Below, in pieces: positions 17,382-27,955 of a DNA stretch of 30,363 nucleotides. The notes below the pieces were generated by a model, which saw only the letters and a program-made list of their open reading frames with translations, had not been told where the DNA came from and did no database searches. The stretch is taken from NCBI GenBank assembly GCA_040752415.1, contig JBFMGU010000127.1, positions 1 through 30,363 of the forward strand, given 5' to 3'. The position numbers and the translations under genes were made by a program. This stretch comes from Myxococcota bacterium (GTDB lineage Bacteria; Myxococcota; JACRCW01). Within the stretch, counting starts at the first letter, position 1. Each line of letters opens with the position of its first letter.

Positions 17382-18534
17382 ATGGAAGCCGGTGAGAAGC
17401 TGAACCAGGAACGTGGACTTCTGAAGGATTACCTCGGGAAGCTCGAGGGGATCCGGAGGCATCTTTGACGTCGACCACAAGGAAGGTCGACTGAGGTTCC
17501 TCGAGGATCAGGCCGGGCAGCCGGGCTTCTGGGACAACGCGGACAAGGCCAAGGGATTGCTCCAGGAGAAGAGCCGCCTGGAGAAGGTGGTCACCGTCTA
17601 CCGTGACGCCGAGCGCCTGCTGAAGGACGGCGGTGAGCTGCTGGAGATGGCCGCCGCCGAGAATGACGCCGCCACCTTGGATGCCGTGTTCGGTGACCTG
17701 GCCAAGGCGCGTGTTCTCGTCGACAAGATGGAATTCCAGCGCATGCTCGGCGGCGAGGCAGATCCCAACAACGCCATTGTCAGCATCAACGCCGGCGCGG
17801 GCGGCACGGAGAGCCAGGACTGGGCCAACATGCTGCTGCGCATGTACCTGCGCTACTGCGAGCGGAGAGGCTGGCAGGTGGAGATGATGGACCTGCAGCC
17901 CGGTGAAGAAGCCGGCATCAAGAGCGCGTCCTTCTCCGTCACCGGCGACTACGCCTACGGCTACATGAAGGCGGAGACCGGCGTGCACCGCCTGGTGCGC
18001 ATCAGTCCGTTCGACTCCAACGCACGTCGACACACCAGCTTTGCGTCGGTGTTCGTGTTCCCGGAAGTGACCGAGGACATTGACATCACGCTGGACTGGA
18101 GCGTCATCCGCGTGGACACGCTGCGGTCCGGTGGCGCCGGCGGTCAGCACGTCAACAAGACGGAATCCGCGGTGCGCCTGGTGCACGAGCCCACGGGCAT
18201 CGTCGTGTTGTGTCAGCAGGAGCGCAGCCAGCACAAGAACCGCGCGCTGGCCGAGAAGCTCCTGAAGGCGCGTCTGTACCAGCTGGAGATCGACAAGAAG
18301 AACGCCGAGCGCGACCGCGTGGAGGCGAGCAAGCGGGACATCAGCTTCGGCTCGCAGATCCGCAACTACGTGCTGCATCCCTACAAGCTGTGCAAGGACC
18401 TGCGCACGGGTTGGGAGACCAGCCAGGTCGACGACGTGCTGGACGGCAACCTGCAGACCTGCATCGAGGACTTCCTGCTCAAGGCGGGAGACGGAAAGCT
18501 CAGCGGCGGGCAGATCGTCGCCGAAGAGCCGTAA
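17382..18534 (+). CDS. prfB: Peptide chain release factor 2, translated through a programmed +1 frameshift (about 383 aa)
   Basis: AGGAG RBS and ATG 17382 give 28 codons ending CTT-TGA at 17463-17468. The +1 frame continues DVDHKEGR...[26 protein letters not shown] (RF2 SPF motif), GGQHVN, GSQIRNY. Confidence 0.97.
17455..17469 (+). promoter_or_regulatory. RF2 programmed +1 ribosomal frameshift cassette
   Basis: Internal Shine-Dalgarno GGAGG, then CAT, then the slippery/stop sequence CTTTGAC. Confidence 0.95.
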
Positions 18535-18540
18535 TCCCGT

Positions 18541-20097
18541 TCACGTCTTGCGCTTGGTCCGGCGCGTGCCCTTGCGGGCTGCGGCGCGCGCTGGCTTGCC
18601 CGTGGGTTTCGCCTTCTTGCTGGGCCCGCGCGGGCGCATGCGTCGCGCAGACTCATCCCTGATCAAACGGGCCGTCTCCACGAGCGCCTTGCCCTCGCTG
18701 AACGTACGCGGGTCGTGCGCTCTGCGCTTGAACGCGGCCTCGTGTCGCGCCACCGCCTTCACGAGGGAAGCCGACTTGCGCGGGTCCATCTCGTCCACGG
18801 AGCGCAGCCACTGGAAGAAGAGGGTGAGTGCCTCCGGAACCGCACGCACCACGTTCTCCTCGGCGGCCACGTAGGCGGGGAAGAACTCCAGCAGGAACTC
18901 GTCCACGTCGGCGGCCTTCGTCTGCCAGAGCTCCACGCTGCGCACCCGTGTGAGGAACACGAGGAAGCCCTCGATGCTGGTCATGGCGGCGTTGAGCCAG
19001 GGCTCCCCACGACGAAGTCTCCGCAGGTGATGGGCGAAGCCGTCGAGGATCTGGCCGTACAGCGCCCCCTCTGGGAACTCCTCCAAGTCCTCCTCCTCCT
19101 CACCCCACAGCGCCTCCCCAGCGACCATCCAGTCTTCCAGGGACGTCCGCAGCGTGACGTGCACGCGCTCGGGGGTCTCGACCGTGTAACGCGCCTGTGA
19201 AGACTCCGTCGTGTCGTCGGAGAAGACCTGTCCATGCTCCTGGATGAAGCGCGTCAACGCGGTGAGGCATGCCGTGGCCAGCTGGTAGTCCTTCGACGTC
19301 AGGACCTGGCGGGCTTCGTCCACCATGTTGATGATGAAGGGACAGGGTCTTGACACCTTGAGACCGTGTTGCGTGATTTCCTCCTTGATGGCGTCATGGA
19401 CCTCGTCCTTCGACAGGTAGCCCACCATGAACGTGTCCGTAGGTGGCGGCGCCAGGCCGGCCGTCTCCTCAGCCACCTCGGCGGTCAGCAACAACGCCTC
19501 CATGGACGGAAGGATGATGAGCGAGACGTCCTCGTCGGGATCACGCGCCACGCTCACCACGGCGTCTTTCACGTCAAGCTCGGGCACATCCATGCGGATG
19601 ACCTGCTCCGAGGAGACGGACTCCGTGGGCCCCAACGCGTGGAAGCGCGCGGCGGCGTCGAGGAACAACTGCACCATCTGCGGCGTGACCGACGGGTGTT
19701 CGATGAAGCGCGGAGTCCGCAGCTTGCTCTCGAGGAATCCCTCCAGGTGATCCAACACCGGCAGGAACTCCGGCGTGGCGCCCACTTTCACCTCCACGTC
19801 GGGAACCAGGGCGCGCAGCGCCTGCGCCAGTTCCTTGTGGTCCGTGATGATGCGCGAGGGCGGCGCCCCGGATTCCCGGATGGCGTCGCGGAACGTGGCG
19901 GCGACGCTCCCGCTGGGCTCTTCCGGCCTCAGCAGGTGCTGCGCTAGCAGGCGGCCCGTGCCGTCCATGAACAGGATGACGTCCGGGTAGTACGGCGTGG
20001 GCGCCGCGACGGGCGCGGGGAAGCGCACGCGCGTGGCGCGCCATTCCCAGGCGGGGATTGCTTCAAATGGCACGGGAACCCCCAGTGGCCTGACCAC
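18541..20097 (-). CDS. Hypothetical multidomain protein with a C-terminal integrase SAM-like helical domain and basic tail
   Basis: Long ORF with coding bias and an acidic linker (GEEEEDLEE). Domain ILDGFAHHL...VDEFLLEFFP...ALTLFFQWL...DPRTFSEGK, then a Lys/Arg-rich tail. Start is GTG 20097 or 20073. Confidence 0.7.
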   Translation of the reverse strand: MVRPLGVPVPFEAIPAWEWRATRVRFPAPVAAPTPYYPDVILFMDGTGRLLAQHLLRPEEPSGSVAATFRDAIRESGAPPSRIITDHKELAQALRALVPDVEVKVGATPEFLPVLDHLEGFLESKLRTPRFIEHPSVTPQMVQLFLDAAARFHALGPTESVSSEQVIRMDVPELDVKDAVVSVARDPDEDVSLIILPSMEALLLTAEVAEETAGLAPPPTDTFMVGYLSKDEVHDAIKEEITQHGLKVSRPCPFIINMVDEARQVLTSKDYQLATACLTALTRFIQEHGQVFSDDTTESSQARYTVETPERVHVTLRTSLEDWMVAGEALWGEEEEDLEEFPEGALYGQILDGFAHHLRRLRRGEPWLNAAMTSIEGFLVFLTRVRSVELWQTKAADVDEFLLEFFPAYVAAEENVVRAVPEALTLFFQWLRSVDEMDPRKSASLVKAVARHEAAFKRRAHDPRTFSEGKALVETARLIRDESARRMRPRGPSKKAKPTGKPARAAARKGTRRTKRKT

Positions 20098-20100
20098 GGC

Positions 20101-20571
20101 CTAGAGGAGCTGGTGAAGGAGCTGCGTGAACACGCGCTTTTCCGGGCTGTAATACCCGGGGTCCGCCGCGCGTTCCATGAACATCCGTCGTGAACGCTGC
20201 ACCTGGCGCGTCACGTTCCGTCGGGTGTTCGCGGAGATGATTCCGTGATGCCGCATCCACCGGAAGAACTCCACCAGGATCTCTGGGACCAGCTGCCACG
20301 GTCCGGGCTCGGTGCGGAGCTTGCGTGGGTAGTGGTCCAGCAGGAACGCGCGGATGGTGCGTCCGTCCCAAAGGGAGAGCGTGGTGTCCACCTGCTGCTG
20401 CTTGAACGCCAGCAGGCAGGAGAGGCAGTAGCGTGCCTCGTCGAGCCAGGTGTCATCCCGGCCGTCCACGCGGCTCTCCTCGATGAACACGTCGATGTAC
20501 TCCTCGCCCTCGTCGGTGCCGAGCGCGTCGTCCTCCTCGAAGCGGTCTGGATCCGGGTGGGGAGATGCCAT
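20101..20571 (-). CDS. Hypothetical 156-aa protein paralogous to the C-terminal domain of the adjacent gene
   Basis: YIDVFIEE...WLDEA...IRAFLLDHYPRK...VPEILVEFFRWM...DPGYYSPEK. The stop lies 3 nt before the next GTG. Confidence 0.7.
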   Translation of the reverse strand: MASPHPDPDRFEEDDALGTDEGEEYIDVFIEESRVDGRDDTWLDEARYCLSCLLAFKQQQVDTTLSLWDGRTIRAFLLDHYPRKLRTEPGPWQLVPEILVEFFRWMRHHGIISANTRRNVTRQVQRSRRMFMERAADPGYYSPEKRVFTQLLHQLL

Positions 20572-20707
20572 GCCGGGGAGATAGAGAGTTGCGTGTCGTC
20601 GTCAGGTTGGGGCTGCCGGGGTCCTTGGCGGGGACACGTCACGCTGGCGCTTGATCCGAACTAGGCCACTCACCAAACCCGCCGCTCCGTGATAGTGCGG
20701 TGTCGCC

Positions 20708-22639
20708 GTGGCCGAGCCCCTTTCTTCTCCCGCCCCTGAGCCCGCTCCCGTTGCGTCTCCGTCGACAACCGCGGTGACGCCGGCCAGCGCGCCCGTGCGT
20801 GACGTCAAGCTGTGGCTGCTGGTGGCGTTGTCCGCCTACGTCGGTGGCGGGGTGCTCCAGGCCGCGTTCCAGATGTTCGGCAACCCACGCGGCGTGGCGG
20901 GCACGCTGCACCAGGCGTTCGCGTCGCAGCCCTGGCGGGCGTGGGCGTTTGGGCTGGCGCTTCTCGTCGTCACCAGCGGGGGCGCGTCCGGGACCACGCT
21001 CCCGGATGGGCTGCGCGCGGACCTCCGTCGGGCGCTCTCGTCGTGGACCGTGCTGGCGCTCATGGCGCTGGGATTCGTGTTGACATCGCAGGCGGGCGCG
21101 CACCTGCTGATTCCGTTGGCGGCGGTGGCGCTCTCCGTTCCCGTGACCGTGGCGGTGGCGCGCAGTCCTCTCGTCGATCTGCGACTGCTCTCCCTGCCGT
21201 GGGTGCCGTGGGTGGCCGGTGGTTTGTCGTCGCTGTGGTACTTCGTGGTCAGCTACACGCGGCACGCGCATTTTGGCAGCGGCTCACGTGACATGGGCCT
21301 GTTCCTGCAGAGCGTGTGGCTGCTCAGTCGCGGGAAGAGTCCGCAGAACACCGTCATGGGCATGAATGCCTTTGGCGACCACATGGAGTTCATTGACGTC
21401 CTGGTGGCGCCCACGCTGTGGCTCTGGAGCGACGCCGGGATGCTCTTGCTGGTGCAGGCCCTGTGTGCGGGACTGGGCGCGGTTCCGGTGTTCCGCCTGG
21501 CGCGCGACCGACTCGGCTCTCCACTGGCGGGCGTGTTGGCGTCGACGGCGTATTTCCTTTCGTACGAGATTGCCAACGGCGTGCAGTTTGACTGGAACCC
21601 CACGACGTTGAGCCTGGGTTTCTTCCCCTGGGCCATCGAGGCTGCGCTGCAACAGCGCTACCGACGCATGGCGGTGTTCCTGGTGCTGATTGGTCTGTGC
21701 AAGGAGAACCTGCTGCTCTACGTCGGTGGCTTCGGCGCCATGCTGCTGGTGGCGGGAGCGCCGCGCCGGGTGGCGTTGTCCGCGCTGCTCATTCCCGCGG
21801 TGGCGTTCCTCGTCGAGGTGAAGGTGATCTTCCCGCTCTTCCGCGACGGAGGATTCCGCCACTTCTACTTCAAGGACCTCGGCACCGACTTCACGGAGGT
21901 GGCCGTCAACGCGCTGCAGAGCCCGCTGCGCGTGTTTGCGCTCCTCTTCAACAACCCGCAGAAGCTGCACGGCCTGCTGTTGCCACTGACCAGCACCGCG
22001 TTCCTGCCGCTGCTCGCGCCCACGACGTTGTTGCCCGCCCTCCCCGGCGTCATGGAGCGGTTTGCCGGCACGTTCATGAACTCCTGGTGGGGTCATCACT
22101 ATGGCGGTCCCACGCACGCGGTGGCGGTGTGCAGTGCCATCCTCGGCGGGGCGCGGCTCAGTGCGTGGTTGAGGGCGCGTCCGTCGGTGGAGAGCGGGGG
22201 ATGGCTGCCGCGTGCGGCGTCGTTGTGGCCGGCGGTGCTGCTGTTGGCGTCGACGTCACTGGCGGACATTGTGGGCCCCTGGGGCCCCACCGACCTCTTC
22301 GTGCTGCGCAAGCCGTACCATCCGTCCGTCGAGGACCGTCAGACCATGCAGGCCGCGGTGCAGAGCATTCCCGACGGAGTTGCGGTTGCGGCGCAGAACT
22401 ACCTGCTGGCGCACCTGGCCGACCGCGAGAAGGCCTTCGAGCTGTCCCGCGCGCGTGAGGCGGAGTACGTCGCCATGACGCCCACCACCAATCCGTGGCC
22501 TTTTGACCGCGGGTACCATGACCGCCTGGCGCAGGAGCTGCTCGCCGAGGGGTGGCGCATCCATTTCTGCCAGGGCAACAGCTTTGTCCTGGCGCGGGAG
22601 CAGGGACCCAGCGTGCCGTGTCCGGCGCTGGGGCGGTAG
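20708..22639 (+). CDS. DUF2079-family polytopic membrane protein (putative GT-C glycosyltransferase)
   Basis: RH..F.S...DMGLFLQSVW, FGDH, LLLVQAL...LGAVPVFRLAR, FDWNP, CKEN, and many TM helices. Confidence 0.8.
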   Translation: MAEPLSSPAPEPAPVASPSTTAVTPASAPVRDVKLWLLVALSAYVGGGVLQAAFQMFGNPRGVAGTLHQAFASQPWRAWAFGLALLVVTSGGASGTTLPDGLRADLRRALSSWTVLALMALGFVLTSQAGAHLLIPLAAVALSVPVTVAVARSPLVDLRLLSLPWVPWVAGGLSSLWYFVVSYTRHAHFGSGSRDMGLFLQSVWLLSRGKSPQNTVMGMNAFGDHMEFIDVLVAPTLWLWSDAGMLLLVQALCAGLGAVPVFRLARDRLGSPLAGVLASTAYFLSYEIANGVQFDWNPTTLSLGFFPWAIEAALQQRYRRMAVFLVLIGLCKENLLLYVGGFGAMLLVAGAPRRVALSALLIPAVAFLVEVKVIFPLFRDGGFRHFYFKDLGTDFTEVAVNALQSPLRVFALLFNNPQKLHGLLLPLTSTAFLPLLAPTTLLPALPGVMERFAGTFMNSWWGHHYGGPTHAVAVCSAILGGARLSAWLRARPSVESGGWLPRAASLWPAVLLLASTSLADIVGPWGPTDLFVLRKPYHPSVEDRQTMQAAVQSIPDGVAVAAQNYLLAHLADREKAFELSRAREAEYVAMTPTTNPWPFDRGYHDRLAQELLAEGWRIHFCQGNSFVLAREQGPSVPCPALGR

Positions 22640-22666
22640 GATTGCACGACGGAAGAGGAGGCAGCC

Positions 22667-24118
22667 ATGGCTGAAGCAACCATCCTGGTGATCGACGACA
22701 ACGAGACGATGCGTGAGGGCGTGGCCGCCACCGTCCGTCGCATGGGTCACCGCAGCCTCACCGCGAAGAGCGGCGGCGAGGGGCTGGGGGAGTTCCGTCG
22801 TCATCACCCGGACCTGGTCATCACCGACCTCAAGATGGAAGGCCAGGACGGGATTGCGGTGCTCAAGGAGGTGCGCAGCGCGGACCCCGACGCCGTGGTG
22901 ATGATCATGACCGGCTTTGGCACGGTGGAGTCCGCCGTGGAGGCCATGAAGCTGGGCGCGTTTGACTTCATCCAGAAGCCGTTTGGCCCCGAGGTGGTGC
23001 GGCTGAAGGTGGAGAGCGCGTTGCAGCTGCGGGATGCGCGCAAGAAGCACGAGAAGCTCGCCGCCACGCAGGCCGCGCTCTCCGCCGACCTGGCCGCGCC
23101 GTACACCGGCACCGACGACGCCACCGAGCCGCTGCTGGTGGGCGAGAGCACCGCCATGAAGGAGCTGCACGCGTTGCTCCTAAAGGTGGCCCGCTCCGAC
23201 GCCACCGTGCACATCCACGGCGAGAGCGGCACCGGGAAGGAGCTGGTGGCGCGGACCATCCACCAGAAGAGCGCGCGCGCCGCCGGACCGTTCATCAGCG
23301 TGCACTGCGGGGCGCTCACCGAGACGCTGCTGGAGAGCGAGCTGTTTGGTCACGAGAAGGGCGCGTTCACCGGCGCGGTCAAGCGCAAGCTCGGCCGGTT
23401 CGAGCTGGCCGACGGCGGGACGCTGTTCCTCGACGAGATTGGCGACATCTCCCCGTCCGTGCAGACCAAGCTGCTGCGCGTGTTGCAGGAGCGGACGTTC
23501 GAGCGGGTGGGCGGTGAGACGCCGGTCACCGTGGACGTGCGCGTGGTGAGCGCCACGCACCGCAACCTGCAGCAGCTGGTGGCGGAGGGGAAGTTCCGGC
23601 AGGACCTGCTCTACCGCCTCAACGTGGTCCCGGTGACGCTCCCGCCGCTGCGCGACCGTCCCAGCGACGTGGCGCACCTGGCCCAGCACTTCATCCACAA
23701 GCGCGGGAAGAAGACCAACCCGGCGGTGAAGGGCATCTCCCCCGAAGCGGTGACGCGCCTGCAGGCGTACCGCTGGCCGGGAAACGTGCGCGAGCTGGAG
23801 AACGTGATCGAGCAGGCGCTGGTCTTCTCCGACGGACCGGACCTGCAGGAGCGCGACCTCCCGTCATTCCTGCGCGACGCACCGCTGCCGCTTTCTCCCG
23901 TGGCCCAGCCCACCACCTCGGGCGACGCGCTTCCCGACGACGGACGCACGCTGGATGAGATCCTGGAGGGCCTGGAGCGCGCGCTGATTGTCCGGGCGTT
24001 CCAGCGTGCTGGCGGCGTGAAGACGGAGACCGCGCGCCTGCTGGGGATCAAGACCAGCGCGCTCTACTACAAGCTGGAGAAGTACAAGATCGACGACAGC
24101 ATCCTGGCCAAGACGTGA
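22667..24118 (+). CDS. NtrC-family sigma54-dependent response regulator (REC, AAA+, Fis HTH)
   Basis: [70 protein letters not shown]. Confidence 0.96.
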   Translation: MAEATILVIDDNETMREGVAATVRRMGHRSLTAKSGGEGLGEFRRHHPDLVITDLKMEGQDGIAVLKEVRSADPDAVVMIMTGFGTVESAVEAMKLGAFDFIQKPFGPEVVRLKVESALQLRDARKKHEKLAATQAALSADLAAPYTGTDDATEPLLVGESTAMKELHALLLKVARSDATVHIHGESGTGKELVARTIHQKSARAAGPFISVHCGALTETLLESELFGHEKGAFTGAVKRKLGRFELADGGTLFLDEIGDISPSVQTKLLRVLQERTFERVGGETPVTVDVRVVSATHRNLQQLVAEGKFRQDLLYRLNVVPVTLPPLRDRPSDVAHLAQHFIHKRGKKTNPAVKGISPEAVTRLQAYRWPGNVRELENVIEQALVFSDGPDLQERDLPSFLRDAPLPLSPVAQPTTSGDALPDDGRTLDEILEGLERALIVRAFQRAGGVKTETARLLGIKTSALYYKLEKYKIDDSILAKT

Positions 24119-24148
24119 ACGCTGGCCAACGTTGAGGGCGGCGCTAGG

Positions 24149-24700
24149 ATGACGCTTGTGCAGAGGGTGAAGGAGTTCCTCCGGACCCGGGTGGTCATCC
24201 CGGTGATGCGCGAGCTGCGGGAGGGGCTCACGCCGCACAAGTTCGCGCTCACCGCGGTGTTCGGCATGACGCTGGGCCTGTTCCCCATCATCAACGTCAC
24301 GACGATCCTCTGCCTCTGCGCGGCGTTCCTGTTCCGTCTCAACCAGCCCATCATCCACATCTGCAACCAGGGCGTGGGCCCCTTGCAGCTGGTGCTGCTC
24401 ATCCCGTTCATCCGGGCCGGTGAGTACCTGTTCGACGCACCGGAGCTCCCGCTGTCCCTCAGCCAGCTGCTGGACATGCTGAAAGAGGATCCGCTGGGCT
24501 TCGTGACGACGCTGTGGACCACGTTGTGGCACGCCATTGTGGCCTGGCTGGTGCTCACCCCGATGGGCGCGCTGCCGCTGTATTTCATCCTGCGCGCCGT
24601 GTTCACGCGGGTCAGACCCCGCCTGTTCCAGCCCGCTCCGACGGTGGTGGCGCAGGACGTGGCGCTGGTTTCCTCGTCGTCAGACAACGCCGCGGGTTGA
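24149..24700 (+). CDS. DUF2062-family membrane protein
   Basis: [10 protein letters not shown]...G..LG.FP, RLNQP, PLQL.LLIPFIR.GE pattern, with hydrophobic segments. Confidence 0.8.
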   Translation: MTLVQRVKEFLRTRVVIPVMRELREGLTPHKFALTAVFGMTLGLFPIINVTTILCLCAAFLFRLNQPIIHICNQGVGPLQLVLLIPFIRAGEYLFDAPELPLSLSQLLDMLKEDPLGFVTTLWTTLWHAIVAWLVLTPMGALPLYFILRAVFTRVRPRLFQPAPTVVAQDVALVSSSSDNAAG

Positions 24701-24888
24701 CACGTCTCAAGGCATCACGCGCCGCGGCCAGGGTTGCGAGCGCGCGAGTGCATCGTCATATGTCTCGCATCGCCTTGGACTTCCCGGTTGAGGATGTGGA
24801 GATGCACCAGGGCGTCACCCGGTCATGTCGGTCGGGCGAAGGTCGGGCGTTCCAGGCAAGCTGGAGCGCTCGGAAGAAAGTAGAAGCA

Positions 24889-25092
24889 ATGCCTATCGGT
24901 ACCGTGAAGTGGTTCAATGATGCCAAGGGCTTCGGTTTCATTGCCCGCGACGGTGGTCCTGACGTGTTCGTGCACTACAGCGCCATCGCCAGCGACGGAT
25001 TCCGGACCCTCCAGGAAGGCCAGCAGGTGGAGTTCGACATTGTTCCCGGCAAGAAGGGCGAGCAGGCCCAGAACGTCCGGGCAGTGAAGTAA
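24889..25092 (+). CDS. Cold-shock domain protein (CspA family), 67 aa
   Basis: [15 protein letters not shown] (RNP1), DVFVHYSAI (RNP2), [17 protein letters not shown]. Confidence 0.97.
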   Translation: MPIGTVKWFNDAKGFGFIARDGGPDVFVHYSAIASDGFRTLQEGQQVEFDIVPGKKGEQAQNVRAVK

Positions 25093-25115
25093 CCCCTGAC
25101 GGCATGACGAATGTG

Positions 25116-25160
25116 AAGGCCCCCGCGCCCAACCGTGTGGCCCGGGGGCCTTGTCCTTTT
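25116..25160 (+). terminator. Intrinsic terminator after csp, between convergent genes
   Basis: Stem AAGGCCCCCG (25116-25125) pairs with CGGGGGCCTT (25143-25152), followed by GTCCTTTT. Confidence 0.7.
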
Positions 25161-26494
25161 CACGGCGCCACGACGTCACGCACTTCCGGCGTGGCGGCGC
25201 GCAGGCGTTCCACCTCTTCCGCCAGTGCGTCGATCTCCGCGGCCAGTGCGTCACGCTCCGCGCGCATGGCCCGCTTGAGCGCACCACCGCGCCCCACCGC
25301 CAGGAAGACCGCGGCGTCCCTCAGCGCCTTTCCCCGTCGACGGAAGTAGTGCCGCGTGTACAGCCCGCAGAACGGCAGGGCCACGCCCAATGGCAACGCC
25401 AGCTCCCAGCCGAGCGTGGCGGTGAGCACGCACACCATGGCCACGTGCCACAGCGGGAAGAAGAGCAGGGAGGCCAGGATCTTCACCGTGGCGGTCTCGT
25501 CGGGCTTTCGCCTCAGCACGGTGGTGAGCAGGTCCACGGCGTAGAACGGGACCGCGTAGGCCGCCGCGCCCAGGAGCGCCACCGGCGTGCCCAGCAGCAG
25601 CGCCACCAGGTTCCGCAGCACGAAGCCCAGGACGCTCCCCACGCTGTACTCGTCGTCAAGGTGCTGCACGGTGATGCCGGCATCCCGCAGCCACGACGTG
25701 AACTCCGCCACGCGCGCGCGTGTCCGCTCCAACCGCTCCGGCGCGTGATGTCGCAGCAGGCTCACCCCGTCGGCAAAAGCGCGCACGCGCGCATCCCGCG
25801 GGGATTGTCCGTGGGAGAGGGCGCTGGCCACCTCGATGAGCGGCAGGTCCTCCCAGGTCTCCAGGTTCAGGGTCACGGTGCGGATGCCCGCGTCAATGTC
25901 GTTGGTGAGCTGTTGCACGGCCGCGCGCTCGTCGGTGCGGAACGCTTCGGCGTAGTCGGAGGCGCGGAGGGGCGGGCCCAGCTCACTGGCCACCTCGCTG
26001 CGGAAGATGGCCTTGTCGCGGTAGGTGAGACCCACCGGCAGGATCACCACGCCCAGCTTGAAGTCCGCCTGCGCCTCCGCGCCCAGCGCCATGCGCGCCG
26101 CGCCGGTCTTGAGCGGTTGGAGCTGCGGCTCGTCGTGACTGATGCCCTCCGGGAACAGGCAGATGCACGCGCCCTCCTGGAGCGCCTGGTGCACCGCCAC
26201 GAAGGTCTGGTCGTTGCGCGCGGTGTCGGCGCCGTCCTTGGCGCGGAAGACCGGGAGCGCGTCCAGCCCCTTCACCAGCCAGCCCAGCACGGGCATCTCG
26301 AAGAGCGGCGCCTTGGCCAGGAAGCGCACCCGTCGCCCCGCCACGCGCAGCAGCACCAGCGGATCCATCAGCGCATTGGGATGGTTGGCCACCAGCAGCA
26401 CGGGCCCGGTGTTTGGCACCCGCCCGCCGGCGTGGCGACGTCGGTAGAACAGGTCCAGCGCCAGCCCGAAGATGAATGCCAGGAGGTTGTACAT
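25160..26494 (-). CDS. Lysophospholipid/glycerol-3-phosphate acyltransferase family protein with C-terminal TM helices
   Basis: VANHPNALMDP (NHxxxxD), FLAKAPLF, LFPEGISHD, LKTGAAR, PVGLTY. Start at ATG 26494. Confidence 0.88.
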   Translation of the reverse strand: MYNLLAFIFGLALDLFYRRRHAGGRVPNTGPVLLVANHPNALMDPLVLLRVAGRRVRFLAKAPLFEMPVLGWLVKGLDALPVFRAKDGADTARNDQTFVAVHQALQEGACICLFPEGISHDEPQLQPLKTGAARMALGAEAQADFKLGVVILPVGLTYRDKAIFRSEVASELGPPLRASDYAEAFRTDERAAVQQLTNDIDAGIRTVTLNLETWEDLPLIEVASALSHGQSPRDARVRAFADGVSLLRHHAPERLERTRARVAEFTSWLRDAGITVQHLDDEYSVGSVLGFVLRNLVALLLGTPVALLGAAAYAVPFYAVDLLTTVLRRKPDETATVKILASLLFFPLWHVAMVCVLTATLGWELALPLGVALPFCGLYTRHYFRRRGKALRDAAVFLAVGRGGALKRAMRAERDALAAEIDALAEEVERLRAATPEVRDVVAP

Positions 26495-26542
26495 GCGCGG
26501 AGGTGATCCTGAGGCCGCGCGCACGCCCAGGGCAAGTGTGGG

Positions 26543-27955
26543 TCAGGACGCGGCGCTGTCCGGCTCCGCCAGCGCGCGCAGGAAATCGCGGGCCCACCGG
26601 TGCACGTCGTACTCGGTGACGTGCGCGCGCAGGGAGCGCATGCGACGGGACTGCTCCTCGGGCGCCATCTGCAACGCGTCCCGCATGGCCTGGGCGGTGC
26701 CTTCCACGTCGTAGGGATTGACGTGCAGCGCTTCCTTCAGCTCGGCCGCGGACCCGGCCAGCTCACTGAGGATCAGCACGCCGCGCTCGTCGGTGCGGGT
26801 GGCCACGAACTCCTTGGCCACGAGGTTGAGCCCGTCGCGCAGCGGGGTCACCACCATGACGTCGGCGGCGCGGTAGAGCGCGGTGACCTCACGTTCCGGG
26901 AAGGAGCGGAACATGTAGTGGATGGGCGCCCAGCCCGGCGTGCCGTACGCGCCGTTGATGCGCCCCACCAGCTCCTCCACCACCCGACGGAAGCCCTCGT
27001 ACGCCGGCACCCGCGTGCGCGAGGGCACCGCCACCTGCAGCAGCCGCACCCGCCCGCGCAGGGAAGGCTCCCGCTCCAGCAGCCGCTCGAACGCCAGCAG
27101 CCGACGGGGAATGCCCTTGGTGTAGTCGAGCCGATCGACGCCGAGCACGAGCAGCTGGCCGGGGTTGGCCGCGCGGATCCCGGCCGCGCCGGTGAGCACC
27201 TCGTCGCTGGTGGACGCCGCTGCAAAGGCCGCCGTGTCGACGGAGATGGGGAACGCGCCCACCGCCACGCGTCGTCCCTCGTGCATCAGCGGGCCGCTGG
27301 CCGCGCCGCCCAGCAGCTCCGCCACCGAGTCCCGGAAATGCCGCACGTACGCCCGCGTGTGCAGCCCCACCACGTCGGCGCCCAGCAGCCCGCGCAGGAT
27401 CTCCTGGCGCCACGGGAGGATGCGGAACACCTCGTGCGCGGGAAACGGGATGTGCAGGAAGAAGCCGATGCGCGCGTCGGGAATGCGCTGCCGGACCAGG
27501 CCGGGCACCAGCGCGAGCTGGTAGTCGTGGATCCAGATGCGGTCGCCGGGCTGGTAGTGCTGGGCCACGAGGTCGGCGAAGCGCGCGTTCACCTTCTGGT
27601 AGGTGTCCCAGCCGCCCTGGTCCAAGGGGACGCGGTCCAGCAGGTAGTGGAAGAGCGGCCAGAGCACGCCGTTGGCGAACTCCTCGTAGAACCGGTCGAC
27701 CTCGCCGGGAGTCAGGTAGAGCGCCACCGCGCCCATCTCGGCCAGCCGCCCATCCAGCTCCGCGCGCTGTGACGACGACAAACGCGCCGCCATGCCCGGC
27801 CACCCCAGCCACTTGCCCTGGTGCTCCCGGTGCGGCCCGCGCAGGCCGGTGGCCAGGCCGCCCGCGCTGGGACGGACGTTGAGACGACCCGACTCCACGC
27901 GCACGGTGACGGGGAGCCGATTGGAAACGATGAGCAGGCGCGACATCATGCTCAC
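26543..27955 (-). CDS. otsA: Trehalose-6-phosphate synthase (GT20), synthase domain only
   Basis: [68 protein letters not shown]. Confidence 0.93.
   Translation of the reverse strand: MSMMSRLLIVSNRLPVTVRVESGRLNVRPSAGGLATGLRGPHREHQGKWLGWPGMAARLSSSQRAELDGRLAEMGAVALYLTPGEVDRFYEEFANGVLWPLFHYLLDRVPLDQGGWDTYQKVNARFADLVAQHYQPGDRIWIHDYQLALVPGLVRQRIPDARIGFFLHIPFPAHEVFRILPWRQEILRGLLGADVVGLHTRAYVRHFRDSVAELLGGAASGPLMHEGRRVAVGAFPISVDTAAFAAASTSDEVLTGAAGIRAANPGQLLVLGVDRLDYTKGIPRRLLAFERLLEREPSLRGRVRLLQVAVPSRTRVPAYEGFRRVVEELVGRINGAYGTPGWAPIHYMFRSFPEREVTALYRAADVMVVTPLRDGLNLVAKEFVATRTDERGVLILSELAGSAAELKEALHVNPYDVEGTAQAMRDALQMAPEEQSRRMRSLRAHVTEYDVHRWARDFLRALAEPDSAAS

Noticed and set aside
17463..17468. In-frame stop suggesting a prfB pseudogene or sequencing error
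   Set aside because: It is the canonical programmed frameshift site.
18541..20571. Integrase or prophage/mobile element call
   Set aside because: No catalytic recombinase residues, att-like repeats, tRNA target or phage genes are visible.
20572..20707. Intergenic region checked for tRNA or ncRNA
   Set aside because: No cloverleaf, T-loop motif or convincing stable structure; it is most likely a divergent promoter region.
24514..24888. Long N-terminal extension of the cold-shock ORF (192 aa in the track)
   Set aside because: It overlaps the DUF2062 gene; the canonical 67-aa Csp starts at ATG 24889.
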